Source of the DNA: Pirellulales bacterium
Lineage (GTDB): Bacteria; Planctomycetota; Planctomycetia; Pirellulales; PALSA-1355
DNA length: 64,000 nucleotides
Direction: 5' to 3'
Assembly: GCA_963733035.1 (NCBI GenBank)
Contig: CAVTBU010000005.1
Location: 2,208,001-2,272,000 of the forward strand
The notes beneath the pieces are model-generated. The model did not search any database and was not told the origin of the DNA. It was given only the letters and a program-made list of their open reading frames with translations. A program made the position numbers and the translations under genes. This document shows positions 28,176 to 38,959 of the stretch, one piece after another (the first letter of the stretch is position 1; each line of letters starts with the position of its first letter).

Positions 28176-29471
28176 ATGCGTTGGTTGGCAACATTGACCT
28201 TGCTGCTGCTATGTACCGCACGAGCCGATGGCGATGCCATGGAGCGTCTGCGGCCGGAAAAGCTGCGGGCTACGCACGAGAAGATCGAAGCCCTCAGGAA
28301 CCAGCGCCGCGAAGTAAGCTTGTCAAGCGGCTACGACGACATAAGGGCGCTGTTGCATGTCCACTCGGCCTTCTCACACGACAGCCGCGGAACCATCGAG
28401 GAGATTGTGGAGGCAGCCAAGCAGACCGGCGTCCGCGTGATCCTGTTTAGCGAACATCCTGCGGGCCACTACGACTACGTCAACGATGGGCATCGCGGCA
28501 TGAACGACGGCGTGCTGTTGATCCCCGGTGCCGAAACCGGCGGCTTTCTGGCCTATCCGAAAACCAGCATCCAAGACCAGAAAACCGATTCACCCCAGGC
28601 ACTGGCCGACCTGGTCGGTTCGACGGGCGGCCAAATCTTCTTGTGCCATCTCGAAGAGCGGATGGATTGGGAGATCGACGGAATGACCGGCAGCGAGATA
28701 TACAACACGCATGCCGACTTCAAAGACGAGCCAAAATTCCTGGCAGCACTCCGCTCGCCGCTCACGATGCTGACGTTGATGGGGGCGGTCAAACAGTATC
28801 CGCAGGAAGTGTTCGGGGCGCTGCTGGACTATCCGGCCGACTACCTGGCCCGTTACGACCAGCTCTGCCAGCAGTCGCCCCTGACCGGCGTTTCGGCAAA
28901 CGACGCCCATCACAATCAGGCCTACCGTGCTACGGTGATCGAAGGTGGCAAGGTGCAGCTCGAGGACGCCCTGGGAGTCAAGCTAGCCGTGCTCGACCCG
29001 GAGAAAATCACGCCGCTGAAACTGCTCGTAAACGGTCGCAAGCCCGGCGACGTGATCCTGGACCTCGATCTGGACCCGTATGCCCGTAGCTTCCACCATG
29101 TCAGCACGCATTTGCTGTTGGCATCGGTTGACGAAGAAAGTGTCCGGCAAGCGCTCGAGGCGGGCCGCGCCTACGTGGCATTCGACTGGCTAGCCGACCC
29201 AACCGGTTTTGTCTATCGCGCCGACGCCGGCGAGAAAAACTGGCCGATCGGTAGCGAAGTATCACTGCAGGACAAGCTACAACTGCGCGCCGAAGCGCCG
29301 CTCGAAGGACGCTTCAAGTTGATCCGCAACGGCGAAGTCGTTATGGACCAGCGCGGGGCGGGGCTCAACTATGTGGTAAAGGAACCGGGCATCTATCGCG
29401 TCGAGGTCTGGCTCCCGATCGCCGGAGAAGACCGGCCCTGGATTTTGACCAATCCGATTTACGTGCGCTAG
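28176..29471 (+). CDS. Exported PHP-family metallohydrolase
   Basis: Signal peptide, LHVHSAFSHDS, SEH, CH, EIYN and NDAHH. Confidence 0.8.
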   Translation: MRWLATLTLLLLCTARADGDAMERLRPEKLRATHEKIEALRNQRREVSLSSGYDDIRALLHVHSAFSHDSRGTIEEIVEAAKQTGVRVILFSEHPAGHYDYVNDGHRGMNDGVLLIPGAETGGFLAYPKTSIQDQKTDSPQALADLVGSTGGQIFLCHLEERMDWEIDGMTGSEIYNTHADFKDEPKFLAALRSPLTMLTLMGAVKQYPQEVFGALLDYPADYLARYDQLCQQSPLTGVSANDAHHNQAYRATVIEGGKVQLEDALGVKLAVLDPEKITPLKLLVNGRKPGDVILDLDLDPYARSFHHVSTHLLLASVDEESVRQALEAGRAYVAFDWLADPTGFVYRADAGEKNWPIGSEVSLQDKLQLRAEAPLEGRFKLIRNGEVVMDQRGAGLNYVVKEPGIYRVEVWLPIAGEDRPWILTNPIYVR

Positions 29472-29597
29472 CGTCCACGCGGCCGGCGCGAAATTCTTGG
29501 AGGGGCCGCCACCGTCACCTTGTGACCCTGCGGCGGCTGGAAGACATGGAGGGGCACAAACAATCCAACGGCCACGGTTGCGACATGACGGCGATTG

Positions 29598-30929
29598 CTA
29601 AACTCGCTTCAAAAGCTTGCTAATCAAGTGCCCGTCGGCCAGCTTCAACGGTCGGCCCGCTGGAGTAATGAGTTCCTTGGCCGGATCGATGCCCAGCGCA
29701 GTCAACAGCGTGGCGTGTACGTCGCCGATTTGGCGCGGTTCCTCGACGTTCCGTCCTCCCTCCGGGTCGGTTGCGCCAACCACCGTTCCGCCGCGAATTG
29801 CACCGCCGGCCAACGCCATACTGAAACCACTGGGCCAATGATCGCGGCCTCCGAGGCGGTTGACCGTCGGTGTGCGACCAAACTCGCCGCCGCACAGCAC
29901 AAGCGTTTGCTCCCACAGTCCGCGCTGCTTGAGGTCGGTAATCAATGTCGCGAAAGCGGGGTCTAAAATCCCGGTCTGCCGCGCTTGAATCTCGTGATTG
30001 TTCGCGTGGCTGTCCCAACCCGATAGCGTTACCTCGACGCACCGCACGCCGACTTCGACCAATCGCCTCGCCGCCAGGCAACCACGACCGAACGGAGTGT
30101 CGCCGTACGCGGCGATCAATTCGGCCGGTTCTCGATGCACGTCGAACGCCTGCAGTTGTTCGCTTGTCATCATCCGCCGCGCTTCCTGCACCTGGTGGCG
30201 ATGCAGCGTGCCTTCGACGGCCACCCGGCGTCCCCGGGCAAATCCCTCCTCCAATACGTTCAAATCCGTGAGCCGTTGCTGGTAGCGGGGCAGCGAGACT
30301 CGCGCCGCAACGTCGGCGATCTTCTCGGCCGGATCGCCAACCTGGAAGGCGTCGAACTCATCGCCCAGATATCCGCCCCGGGCCGGCCATTGGCTCGGCA
30401 GAATCGAAATATGTCGCGGAATGTCGGTGCCCGCGGCGGGCAATTCGTGACAACAAATCGCGCCAATTGCCGGATGCACGGCCGTTGGATCGGGTCGGTA
30501 GCCAGTCTTCACCAGGTACGTACCCCGCTCATGATCTCCCTCTTTGCTCACCAGCGAACGTACCAGAGCAACTGAATCCATCTGCTCGGCCAACCGCGGC
30601 AAGCCGGCGGCGAGTTGCACGCCTCGCACCGCCGTCGCGACAGCCCGCGTATCGCCGGAAATGCATTTTCCCGGGTGCGGGTCGAACGTCTCCAACTGGC
30701 TCGGCCCGCCGGCCATCCAGAGAACGATGAGCGATTGTGCCTGCGGCTTTTGATGCAAACGCTGCTGGCCCTCGGCGCGGCGCGAAAGCAGTGTCGCTAT
30801 CGACGTCAGCAGTCCAGCCGTCCCCAACTTCAATATCGTGCGGCGGCTTACGTCGGAAACCGCCAAGCCGCCAGTGGCTAAGTGCTCGGGTGGAATCAAC
30901 CGCAGCAGTTGCCCTTTCTCGCCTTTCAT
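29598..30929 (-). CDS. DUF1501 family Tat-exported protein
   Basis: SRRTILK, WMAGGPSQLETFDP, CLAARRLVEVGV, WDSH, GEFGRTP and GRDHW. Confidence 0.9.
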   Translation of the reverse strand: MKGEKGQLLRLIPPEHLATGGLAVSDVSRRTILKLGTAGLLTSIATLLSRRAEGQQRLHQKPQAQSLIVLWMAGGPSQLETFDPHPGKCISGDTRAVATAVRGVQLAAGLPRLAEQMDSVALVRSLVSKEGDHERGTYLVKTGYRPDPTAVHPAIGAICCHELPAAGTDIPRHISILPSQWPARGGYLGDEFDAFQVGDPAEKIADVAARVSLPRYQQRLTDLNVLEEGFARGRRVAVEGTLHRHQVQEARRMMTSEQLQAFDVHREPAELIAAYGDTPFGRGCLAARRLVEVGVRCVEVTLSGWDSHANNHEIQARQTGILDPAFATLITDLKQRGLWEQTLVLCGGEFGRTPTVNRLGGRDHWPSGFSMALAGGAIRGGTVVGATDPEGGRNVEEPRQIGDVHATLLTALGIDPAKELITPAGRPLKLADGHLISKLLKRV

Positions 30930-30951
30930 TCTTCCGACCTCTGCCTTCGTC

Positions 30952-32568
30952 TCAATGGTTCCATGAGAACTCCGTGCTATTGAGTAGAGTCCATACCAGG
31001 TCGCCAACAAGCTCTTTTCGCCTGCGGCCGGTCGTGCCGTTTACGCGTTCGGAAAAGTAGCGTGCCTCGTCCGGATTTGGACGGCGAGTTAGCGTCGTCA
31101 GCAGAGCGGTTTCGATGGCCATCTCGTCGTTGGGTGCAAAGGCCGCGAGCTGGCTCGCCGCCGCGCTCAGCAGATTATCTTTCGTCTTTTCGTGCACGAT
31201 CTTGCCATTCATCAGCAGCAGTCGCTGGCGCGTCGTGCCGCCGCGAACGTCAAACTCATTGGCGCCGGCGTCTCCGTACCGTTCGATAAATTCGCGCTGC
31301 CCAATCGCTCGGCCCGCGCGAATCAGGATGTTCGATTCATAATCAATCGTCGCCAGCGACGCCGACTGCAACAGGGCGCCCACGACTTGCTCCGGCCGCA
31401 AACGCGTCAGCGGAAATACGGCCCAGTTTTGTTCGAACCGCTCGAATTCGTGGTCGCTCACGTCGCTCGTCAGGCGGCTATCGAGCCGGAATACGCGCGT
31501 GTTGGCAATCACTTCAATCAACCGCCGCCAATCGTGCCCATGGGCGGTGAAATCGTCGCTGAGGATTTCGAGTGCCTCGGGGAGCGGTCCGTCGAGGGGC
31601 AAGTCGTCGATCGGTTCGACCAACGGCCGACCAAACAACAAGGCCCAGGCCCGGTTCACGGCCAACCGAGCAAAGGCGCGATTGCCGTCGCTAGTCACCC
31701 AAGCGGCCAAGCGCTCGCGTTGATTGCCGCTGGTGGGCAAGCACTCCCTCGCAAACGGCACGGCCGGAGCCACCGTCGATGTCTCGCCAGTCTGGCGATT
31801 CTCCACGGTGAACTGCCCCGGATAGTCGCGGATGCCGCGCAGGCTTTGTCGCGTGCCTCCGAAAAATGCGGCCAACCCTTGAAAATCGCCTTGCTTCCAA
31901 TCGGCAAACGGATGGTCGTGGCATTCGGCGCAATCGAGCCGCACTCCGAGCAAGCCGCGCGCTACTCTCGCCGCCAAACGGCTGGGGTCGGGCTTGTTCT
32001 CGTCACCCGTGTTGATCGTCACGGTCACGAAGTTCACTGCCGGCGCGTCGGTCCACAAGCCGGCATCGGAAATCAGATGCCGGGCAATCGCATCGTATGG
32101 CTCGTTTGCCGCGAGTTGATCGGCCAGCCAAGAGACGAACCGCCGGCGGCGATAGAGCAAGAACGGCCCATCCTCGACACCAACATAGGCCCGTGCCAGC
32201 CGTTCCGCCATGTAGTCCGCAGAACGGGGATCGGCCAGCAATTCAGCCAGCCACGTGTCGAGTCGCTCCTGCTCAGCCAGGCTCTCGAAATGTCGCACGT
32301 CTTCGAGCGAAGGAATCGTGCCGGCCAGCGCGAGCGAAATGCGCCGCGCGACAAGTAGCTCGGGAGCCGCAGCGGCTGGCGCGATCTCGGCCCTGCGCCA
32401 TTGATCTTCGAATGCCGCGTCGACCAAGGCAGCGGCGCGGCGCACCGAGTCCAGTGAAATCTCGACCGTCGGGCGGCGCTCGGACGTCAGCGACGGGGCG
32501 ACACTGCTAACCAGTAGGCCCAGTCCGAGCAGGCAGACGCCAATGAACAATAGGTTCTTCACCCACAT
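30952..32568 (-). CDS. DUF1549/DUF1553 planctomycete protein
   Basis: ARRISLALAGTIPS, CAECHDHPF, NRAWALLFGRPL and C-terminal LLNSTEFSWNH. Confidence 0.88.
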   Translation of the reverse strand: MWVKNLLFIGVCLLGLGLLVSSVAPSLTSERRPTVEISLDSVRRAAALVDAAFEDQWRRAEIAPAAAAPELLVARRISLALAGTIPSLEDVRHFESLAEQERLDTWLAELLADPRSADYMAERLARAYVGVEDGPFLLYRRRRFVSWLADQLAANEPYDAIARHLISDAGLWTDAPAVNFVTVTINTGDENKPDPSRLAARVARGLLGVRLDCAECHDHPFADWKQGDFQGLAAFFGGTRQSLRGIRDYPGQFTVENRQTGETSTVAPAVPFARECLPTSGNQRERLAAWVTSDGNRAFARLAVNRAWALLFGRPLVEPIDDLPLDGPLPEALEILSDDFTAHGHDWRRLIEVIANTRVFRLDSRLTSDVSDHEFERFEQNWAVFPLTRLRPEQVVGALLQSASLATIDYESNILIRAGRAIGQREFIERYGDAGANEFDVRGGTTRQRLLLMNGKIVHEKTKDNLLSAAASQLAAFAPNDEMAIETALLTTLTRRPNPDEARYFSERVNGTTGRRRKELVGDLVWTLLNSTEFSWNH

Positions 32569-32675
32569 AGACGCACCCCGGAACCGGGTAAGAAAAGCGC
32601 GGACGCATCATTGAATTATACCGCGGCCCCCGTTGGAATCTCGCGGTCTGGCGGGAGGAGTTCCACCGCAGTTGT

Positions 32676-33458
32676 TCAGTTGTTGCCGCTATTTTCACCG
32701 TGCTCGTACGTATCGACGTTCGACACGTCGAGCTCGGTATTGGCCGCGGGGCCCGGCAGAACCCAGATTTCGCCGAAAAGCTGGCTCTGGTCGGTCCGTA
32801 CCTGGTGATGTCGGACCAATTCGAGCACCGCCAGAAACATCCCGATCAATGCACTTTTGTGCAGACCGGGGCGGAACAGATCGCGGAACTTCAATCGGCC
32901 CTCGTCGACGAGCCGCTGGTTGATTTGGGACATGTAGACGTGAATGGGGGTATCGTCATACACGATGTTGGATGGCTTGGCGGCCTGCGCCTCTCGCATG
33001 ATGCGACCGAATGCGCTGACCAGGTCCCACAGTTCCACCTCGTGCAGTTCTTCCTCGCTGAGATCGCGTTTCTGATCCGGTCGATCACTAGCCAACCGGC
33101 CGAAGCGTTGCTGCCAATCGCGCGACCGCTCTTCCAGCATGCTGGCCGCGTCCTTGAACTTCTTGTATTCGAGCAACCGCCGCACTAGCTCCTGCCGAGG
33201 ATCGGACAGTTCATCCTCCACCTCGCCGCCGCGGGGAAGCACCGAGCGCGACTTGATCTCAACCAACGTGCTGGCCATTTCCAAAAAATCACCCACCGCA
33301 TTCACGTCCAATTCCTTGAGTACCGCCAAATACTCAAGGAACTGATCCGTAATCGGTGCAATTGGTATTTCGACGATCTCCACCTCGTGCTTACGCACGA
33401 GATACAGCAGCAGGTCCAAGGGACCGCGAAACACGTCGAGTTCCACCCGAAAGTCCAT
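32676..33458 (-). CDS. scpA: Segregation and condensation protein A (kleisin)
   Basis: FRGPLDLLLYLVRK, FLEMASTLVEIKSRSVLP and FLAVLELVR...QLFGEI. Confidence 0.92.
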   Translation of the reverse strand: MDFRVELDVFRGPLDLLLYLVRKHEVEIVEIPIAPITDQFLEYLAVLKELDVNAVGDFLEMASTLVEIKSRSVLPRGGEVEDELSDPRQELVRRLLEYKKFKDAASMLEERSRDWQQRFGRLASDRPDQKRDLSEEELHEVELWDLVSAFGRIMREAQAAKPSNIVYDDTPIHVYMSQINQRLVDEGRLKFRDLFRPGLHKSALIGMFLAVLELVRHHQVRTDQSQLFGEIWVLPGPAANTELDVSNVDTYEHGENSGNN

Positions 33459-33989
33459 GGCAATCGCCGGCGGCCCCATCGGGCCCATTGAAGTAACGTG
33501 AAGCACCCGTTTTCGTTATACGCGTCCCGGGGAGCGGAGAACAATGACAGTTGTTTTAACGGCGTTTCCGCTCCCCACCCGGCGCGCTTCAAAAGACTTA
33601 ACTCCCCAGAGGGGCAGTATTGATTTTGTGAAGCGTCCAACGGTGGAATTCTGTTGCCTTTTATAGTGAGTATTGACTAGACTAATTATCATCTTTGAGC
33701 TTGCTTCTGGCTTTTCCTGACGTTCGTCGAATCCTTTCATCCTCGGCAATCTCCCGGCCCCGCGGCCGGTTTTCGTGTCGGACAGAGCAGGGCTTCCGCT
33801 GGATCCTCGCGTCGCTCGACAACCACGCGAACAAGCCCCAAGCGGAGTGGTGTTGCCTTCGGTCTCCTGCGTGCGACCCACGCATCATTGCGCGAGCCGC
33901 GCGCACGAGCCGCCCGTTGGGCCCGGCGCGAAGCCTAGCTACCGAGCCCACCAGCGGTGTTCTCTCCTGAGAGTGCTAGAGGTGGAAGC

Positions 33990-34667
33990 ATGCTCGAAAT
34001 CCGTCATCGAAAGACACGCGCGGTATTGGGCCGAATCGATGCCGAGTCACTGGCCGGCCGCAAAATCTCCGGTGCCCGGCTGCGTGGAGCTGACTTGGCC
34101 GGGGCTGATCTTTCCGGCTCCGACTTAACAAACACGGACCTGCGGGAAGCCGACCTGACCGGCGCGAACCTCTCGGATTGCACGCTCAACGGCGTTTACC
34201 TGGAGGGTGCCAATTTGGTGCACGCCAAACTCCGCCGCGCGAACCTCACCGACGCGCATTTGCACCAAGCTGATTTGCAGGAAGCCGACCTGCAAGGCGC
34301 GATTCTTCGCTACGCACAATTGCGCGATGCCGTGTTGATTGCCGCCGACCTCAGCGAGGCCGATCTCAGTATGGCCGACCTCCGCGCCGATCTGCGTAAG
34401 GCCAGGCTGATCCGCGCCGATGTGCGGGCGGCCGACCTGACCGGGGCCAACCTCTTTGGAGCAGATCTACAGGGAGCCAACCTGACCGGCGCCAAACTGT
34501 TGGGCACGCAGTTCACCGGTGCCAACGTCATGGGGATGATCGACGTGCACGGCAATCGGATCAACGTTCAGGCATCCCCACCACCCCCCCCAAACCGTAC
34601 TCGACGCCGCGTACCACGGCGGATCAAGGCCCCGCCGCCTTGGTGGAAGTTCTGGGCCCGGGCTTGA
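33990..34667 (+). CDS. Pentapeptide repeat protein
   Basis: Long run of A(D/N)Lxx repeats, ending in a Pro/Arg-rich PPWWKFW tail. Confidence 0.9.
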   Translation: MLEIRHRKTRAVLGRIDAESLAGRKISGARLRGADLAGADLSGSDLTNTDLREADLTGANLSDCTLNGVYLEGANLVHAKLRRANLTDAHLHQADLQEADLQGAILRYAQLRDAVLIAADLSEADLSMADLRADLRKARLIRADVRAADLTGANLFGADLQGANLTGAKLLGTQFTGANVMGMIDVHGNRINVQASPPPPPNRTRRRVPRRIKAPPPWWKFWARA

Positions 34668-34846
34668 CGGGCGTGCAACCCCCGTTGGACCACAAGGCTT
34701 GGCTGCAAAACGGCGGACGACCGCGTCGTGAGCTATACTCGTGCGATGTAGCTCGATTGACCGCCGGCACCTATAATCCGGCTTTTCCGCTCCCCTGGCC
34801 GGCCTTTAGAGTGCCCGCCGCTTCCTCTCACCGCAGCCTTGCCCCC

Positions 34847-35551
34847 ATGTCGACGATTCTGGAGTGGATTCAATATCTCATGGGGCTCGCCAAGCCTGAG
34901 AATCTTCGCGAGCTGGTCAACCTGGCCGGGCCGTGGTGGGTCAGCTACCTCATCCTGTTTGCCATCATTTTCAGCGAAACAGGTTTGCTCGTCGGTTTCT
35001 TTTTGCCAGGCGATTCGCTGCTATTCGCCGCCGGTCTGCTATCAAGCCAACAAGTGTTTAATGTTGGCGTATTAGTCGTCTCGTTGTCGGTGGCAGCCGT
35101 TGTTGGCGACGCGGTCAACTACTACCTCGGCTTGCAAATGGGCCAGCGCGTGTTCGAAAAAGGCTACCTCCGCTTCGTCAAACATAGCCACTTGATGGCA
35201 GCGAAGGAGTTTTACGAACGCCACGGCGGCAAGGCGATCATCCTGGCGCGATTCGTGCCGCTCGTCCGCACGTTCACGCCCTTCGTGGCGGGAGTTGCAC
35301 GAATGAGCTACCTTCGCTTCGTCGTGTACAACATCATCGGCGGCATCGGTTGGGTCACCTCGATGACTCTCTGTGGGTATTTTCTCGGCCAAATCCCGTG
35401 GATTAGCCAGAATTTCGAAATCGTCGTGATCGGCATCGTGCTGATTAGCGTGCTGCCGATCGCCATCGGAATGTTCCGCCACTGGCGTGCGGGACATCAC
35501 GCCGTTACGGAAACCGCGCTTACCAGCGCGGGCGACGGCGCGGACCGCTAG
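34847..35551 (+). CDS. dedA: DedA family membrane protein
   Basis: FSETGLLVGFFLPGDSLLF, GDAVNY and LARFVPLVRTFTPFVAG. Confidence 0.9.
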   Translation: MSTILEWIQYLMGLAKPENLRELVNLAGPWWVSYLILFAIIFSETGLLVGFFLPGDSLLFAAGLLSSQQVFNVGVLVVSLSVAAVVGDAVNYYLGLQMGQRVFEKGYLRFVKHSHLMAAKEFYERHGGKAIILARFVPLVRTFTPFVAGVARMSYLRFVVYNIIGGIGWVTSMTLCGYFLGQIPWISQNFEIVVIGIVLISVLPIAIGMFRHWRAGHHAVTETALTSAGDGADR

Positions 35552-35636
35552 GTTTTGTTGCTGGAAAGTCGCCTGCCCATCTTGTATCCTGCGGCATACT
35601 CCCACCTTGTTGTCCCGCCGCTGGAGTCCCCGCACG

Positions 35637-35954
35637 GTGAATCGCCCCGTCGAAGATACGCTCGTTCACCGCTCACGACGCGAAGCCGCCATGGCGCTTG
35701 GCATGTGGGTCGTGGCCATGATTTACACCCTCACATATTGCTACTTGAACGGCTACGACCGTGCGCCCGACAGTCTCTCATTTGTGCTGTGGTTTCCCGA
35801 TTGGGTGTTTTGGGGCATCGTCGCGCCCTGGGCAGCCTGTGTGGTCGTTTCCACTTGGTTCGCGTTTCGCGTAATGGGCGACGAACCGCTGGGTGAGGAA
35901 GTCGATTCGGAAGAACCTCCGGCAACGACCGAAGGCGAGGTGCATCATGCCTGA
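35637..35954 (+). CDS. YhdT/DUF997 family small membrane protein
   Basis: RSRREA, two TM helices and FPDWVFWG. Overlaps the start of the symporter, as in yhdT-panF. Confidence 0.75.
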   Translation: MNRPVEDTLVHRSRREAAMALGMWVVAMIYTLTYCYLNGYDRAPDSLSFVLWFPDWVFWGIVAPWAACVVVSTWFAFRVMGDEPLGEEVDSEEPPATTEGEVHHA

Positions 35955-37581
35955 GCCAGAGGTCACTGTCTCGGCCGGATACGGCACGGTCTTTATGTTG
36001 CTGGCGATCATGGCCGTTTCGGTCTGGCTCGGCACGCAAGCCCAGAAGGCTGTCGAACGCGGCGGCTTTATGAAGGGGTATTTTCTTGGCAACCGCGGTT
36101 TGGGTGCCTGGGCCCTGGCGCTGACGGCCACGGTGCAAAGCGGCGGCACGTTCATGGGCTTTCCGGCGCTCGTCTATGCACACGGCTGGATCGTGGCTTT
36201 GTGGATCGCCAGCTACATGGTCGTGCCGATCACCGGATTCGCGGTCCTAGGCAAGCGCTTTGCGCAGCTTTCGCGCCGCACGGGCGCCATTACCGTGCCC
36301 GATTTGTTCGATGCCCGCTACGGCGACCAGCGAGTGGGCATCATGGCGTCGCTGGCGATCCTGGCATTTCTCACGTTCCTGATGATCGCGCAGTTCAAAG
36401 CCGGCGCGTTGGTCATGAAGCTCGCCTGGCCGTCAAGCATGTCGCTTTCACTGGCCGAGGAAGCGGCACAAAGCGGCTACGACAAGCTCTATCTGATTGG
36501 CCTCGGTGTGTTCGCGCTGACCGTCGTGGGCTACACGATGATCGGTGGCTTTCTGGCGTCGGTGTGGACCGACATGTTTCAAAGCGTGCTGATGCTCATC
36601 GGGGTGATGCTGTTGTTCGCGATCGTCGTCCCAGCCGCCAGTAGTCAGGGGATGGAGCAGCCGACGCTCGAAGCTGTCGCCGCGACGAGCAACGACTATG
36701 CGTTTGGCCCCGGCTATTCGCCGACCGGATTGACGTTTCTGCCGCTCGGAGCGGCTATTTCGTTCTTCTTCATTTGGCCGATCGGTGGCATGGGCACCCC
36801 GGCCGGCATGGTGCGCGTGATGGCCTGCAAGAACACCGACACCATGCGGCGCTCGATCGTCTTGTTGTCGTTCTATAACAGCTTGATCTATCTGCCGTTG
36901 ATCGTGATCTGCATCTGCGGCCGCGCGATCATGCCCGACGTGAAGGTGGCCGACGAAATCATTCCTCGGCTGGCAGTCTGGGCCGCGCCCGACTGGACCG
37001 GCGGTTCGCTGGTTAGCGGATTGATCCTGGCGGCCCCCTTCGGCGCCGTGATGGCCACCGTCAGCACCTTTTTAGTGGTCATTGCTTCGGGCGTCGTGCG
37101 CGACATCTATCAGCGGTTTCTCAGGCCACACGCCGGCGAAGCTGAAATCCGCCGCGTGACTCACGTGGTGATGGTGCTGCTGGGAGTGATCGGTGTGCTG
37201 GCCAATATCAATCCAGTGCAGTTTCTGCAAAAGCTCGTGGTGTTCAGCGCCACCGCTACCGGTGCCACGTTCGTGGCGCCTGCCCTGATGTTGGCCTTCT
37301 GGCGGCGTTCCACTGCTGCTGGCTCGCTGGCCGGCATGGTCCTGGGTGGGGGCAGCGTGCTTGTGCTGTTTCTTTGCGGACCGCTGGTTGCCGGCAGGAA
37401 TTTGTTCGATCCCTATCAACTGTTGGGGCTCGACCCGATCGTGTGGGGCCTGGCCGTCTCGTCGGTCGCAGGCGTCACGGTCAGCCTGCTGACGTCGCCG
37501 CCGCATGAGGAACATATCTCGCGACTATTCGACGCCCAAACATCCTCGGCCAACGCCACGGTCGCGGCCGCGCAAACTTGA
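35947..37581 (+). CDS. Sodium:solute symporter (PanF-like)
   Basis: YFLGNRGLG, SGGTFMGFP, YTMIGGFLASVWTD and AVMATVS; many TM helices. Confidence 0.88.
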   Translation: MPEPEVTVSAGYGTVFMLLAIMAVSVWLGTQAQKAVERGGFMKGYFLGNRGLGAWALALTATVQSGGTFMGFPALVYAHGWIVALWIASYMVVPITGFAVLGKRFAQLSRRTGAITVPDLFDARYGDQRVGIMASLAILAFLTFLMIAQFKAGALVMKLAWPSSMSLSLAEEAAQSGYDKLYLIGLGVFALTVVGYTMIGGFLASVWTDMFQSVLMLIGVMLLFAIVVPAASSQGMEQPTLEAVAATSNDYAFGPGYSPTGLTFLPLGAAISFFFIWPIGGMGTPAGMVRVMACKNTDTMRRSIVLLSFYNSLIYLPLIVICICGRAIMPDVKVADEIIPRLAVWAAPDWTGGSLVSGLILAAPFGAVMATVSTFLVVIASGVVRDIYQRFLRPHAGEAEIRRVTHVVMVLLGVIGVLANINPVQFLQKLVVFSATATGATFVAPALMLAFWRRSTAAGSLAGMVLGGGSVLVLFLCGPLVAGRNLFDPYQLLGLDPIVWGLAVSSVAGVTVSLLTSPPHEEHISRLFDAQTSSANATVAAAQT

Positions 37582-37609
37582 AACTCTAGCGAACCAGGAA
37601 TGTTTCGAC

Positions 37610-38959
37610 ATGAGCGACGGTCATACACCGCACCAACCCCTGGAAAGGAGCAGCATCACCCGCGGCGCCCAATTCATGGCCCTGGCGGCGGCATTTCTCG
37701 GCTGGATGTTCGACGGGCTGGAGATGGGCCTGTTTCCACTCGTGGCCAGGCCCGCCATGCTCGAACTGATGGGACCCGATGCGTCCGACAGTATCGGCAC
37801 ATGGATGGGCTGGATCACCGCCGGGTTTCTGGTCGGCGCGGCCTGCGGCGGCTTGCTCTTCGGTTGGCTCGGCGATCGCGTGGGGCGCGTCAGGGCCATG
37901 GTCTGGAGCGTCATGACCTATGCGATCTTTTCCGGGTTGTGCGGGTTTTCCGAGGCCCCCTGGCAATTGGCCGTCTTGCGGTTCTGCGCGGCCTTGGGTA
38001 TGGGAGGTGAGTGGTCGCTGGGCGTGGCGCTGGTCATGGAAATCTGGCCCGCGAAGTCGCGTCCCACGCTTGCCGGTTTAATCGGTGCGGCAGCCAACGT
38101 TGGCTTCCTGGCAATTGCCTTGGTTGGATTGGTGCTGGCGCAGTTTATCGAGGGCGCGGCCGACGGTCTGCGATCGGCCGGCATGTCCGACGAGTGGGTC
38201 ACCTGGCTAATCGGCGCCGATCAATCCGGCTGGCGACTGCTGATGTTCGTGGGCGCGATGCCCGCGCTGCTCACTTTCTTCGTGCGAATCTTCGTCCCTG
38301 AAAGCGAACGCTGGCAACATGCGGCTAAGACAAGCGCACCGGCCCGCATAGCCGACATTTTCCAAGCCGGCATTATTTCTCGAACGCTGCTTGGCACGGC
38401 GCTCGGCGGCATGGCGCTTATCGGCACTTGGGCTTCGCTTCAATGGGCTCAACCCTGGGCTGCCAAAATGGCGCTCGGAACGCCATACGAACAAACGGCG
38501 TCGTCTTATACCCAAATCAGTTCTGCGATCGGCGCGATTATCGGCACGATCATGGCCGCCCAGTTCGCCGAATGGTTTAGCCGGCGGAAGTCCTATTTCG
38601 CGCTCTGCGTCGGTTCGTTGCTCGTTTGCCAGTACCTCTACCGAGCACCAATGGAGTTTGACATCACGTTCGTGCTTTTGGTCGGCTTGGCAGGCTGCCT
38701 GACAGCGAGCTTCTACGGTTGGCTGCCGCTCTACCTGCCCGAGTTGTTTCCCACGCGCATCCGGGCGACGGGGCAGGGCTTTGCCTTCAACTTCGGTCGC
38801 GTGCTGGCCGCCATCGGCGCCTTGCAGACGGGCCGGCTGCTTAACTATTTCGGCGAAGACTACGCCAAAACCGGCGCCATTATGAGCTTAGTCTACCTGG
38901 TGGGCATGGTGCTGATTTGGTTTTGTCCTGAAACCAAGGGCAAGCCGCTTCCGGAGTAG
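37610..38959 (+). CDS. MFS transporter
   Basis: GWMFDG, GWLGDRVGR, GMGGEW and PELFPTRIRATG. Confidence 0.92.
   Translation: MSDGHTPHQPLERSSITRGAQFMALAAAFLGWMFDGLEMGLFPLVARPAMLELMGPDASDSIGTWMGWITAGFLVGAACGGLLFGWLGDRVGRVRAMVWSVMTYAIFSGLCGFSEAPWQLAVLRFCAALGMGGEWSLGVALVMEIWPAKSRPTLAGLIGAAANVGFLAIALVGLVLAQFIEGAADGLRSAGMSDEWVTWLIGADQSGWRLLMFVGAMPALLTFFVRIFVPESERWQHAAKTSAPARIADIFQAGIISRTLLGTALGGMALIGTWASLQWAQPWAAKMALGTPYEQTASSYTQISSAIGAIIGTIMAAQFAEWFSRRKSYFALCVGSLLVCQYLYRAPMEFDITFVLLVGLAGCLTASFYGWLPLYLPELFPTRIRATGQGFAFNFGRVLAAIGALQTGRLLNYFGEDYAKTGAIMSLVYLVGMVLIWFCPETKGKPLPE

Noticed and set aside
33990..34667. DNA tandem repeat or Qnr-type resistance gene
   Set aside because: The 15-bp periodicity reflects pentapeptide protein repeats, and nothing specific supports Qnr.
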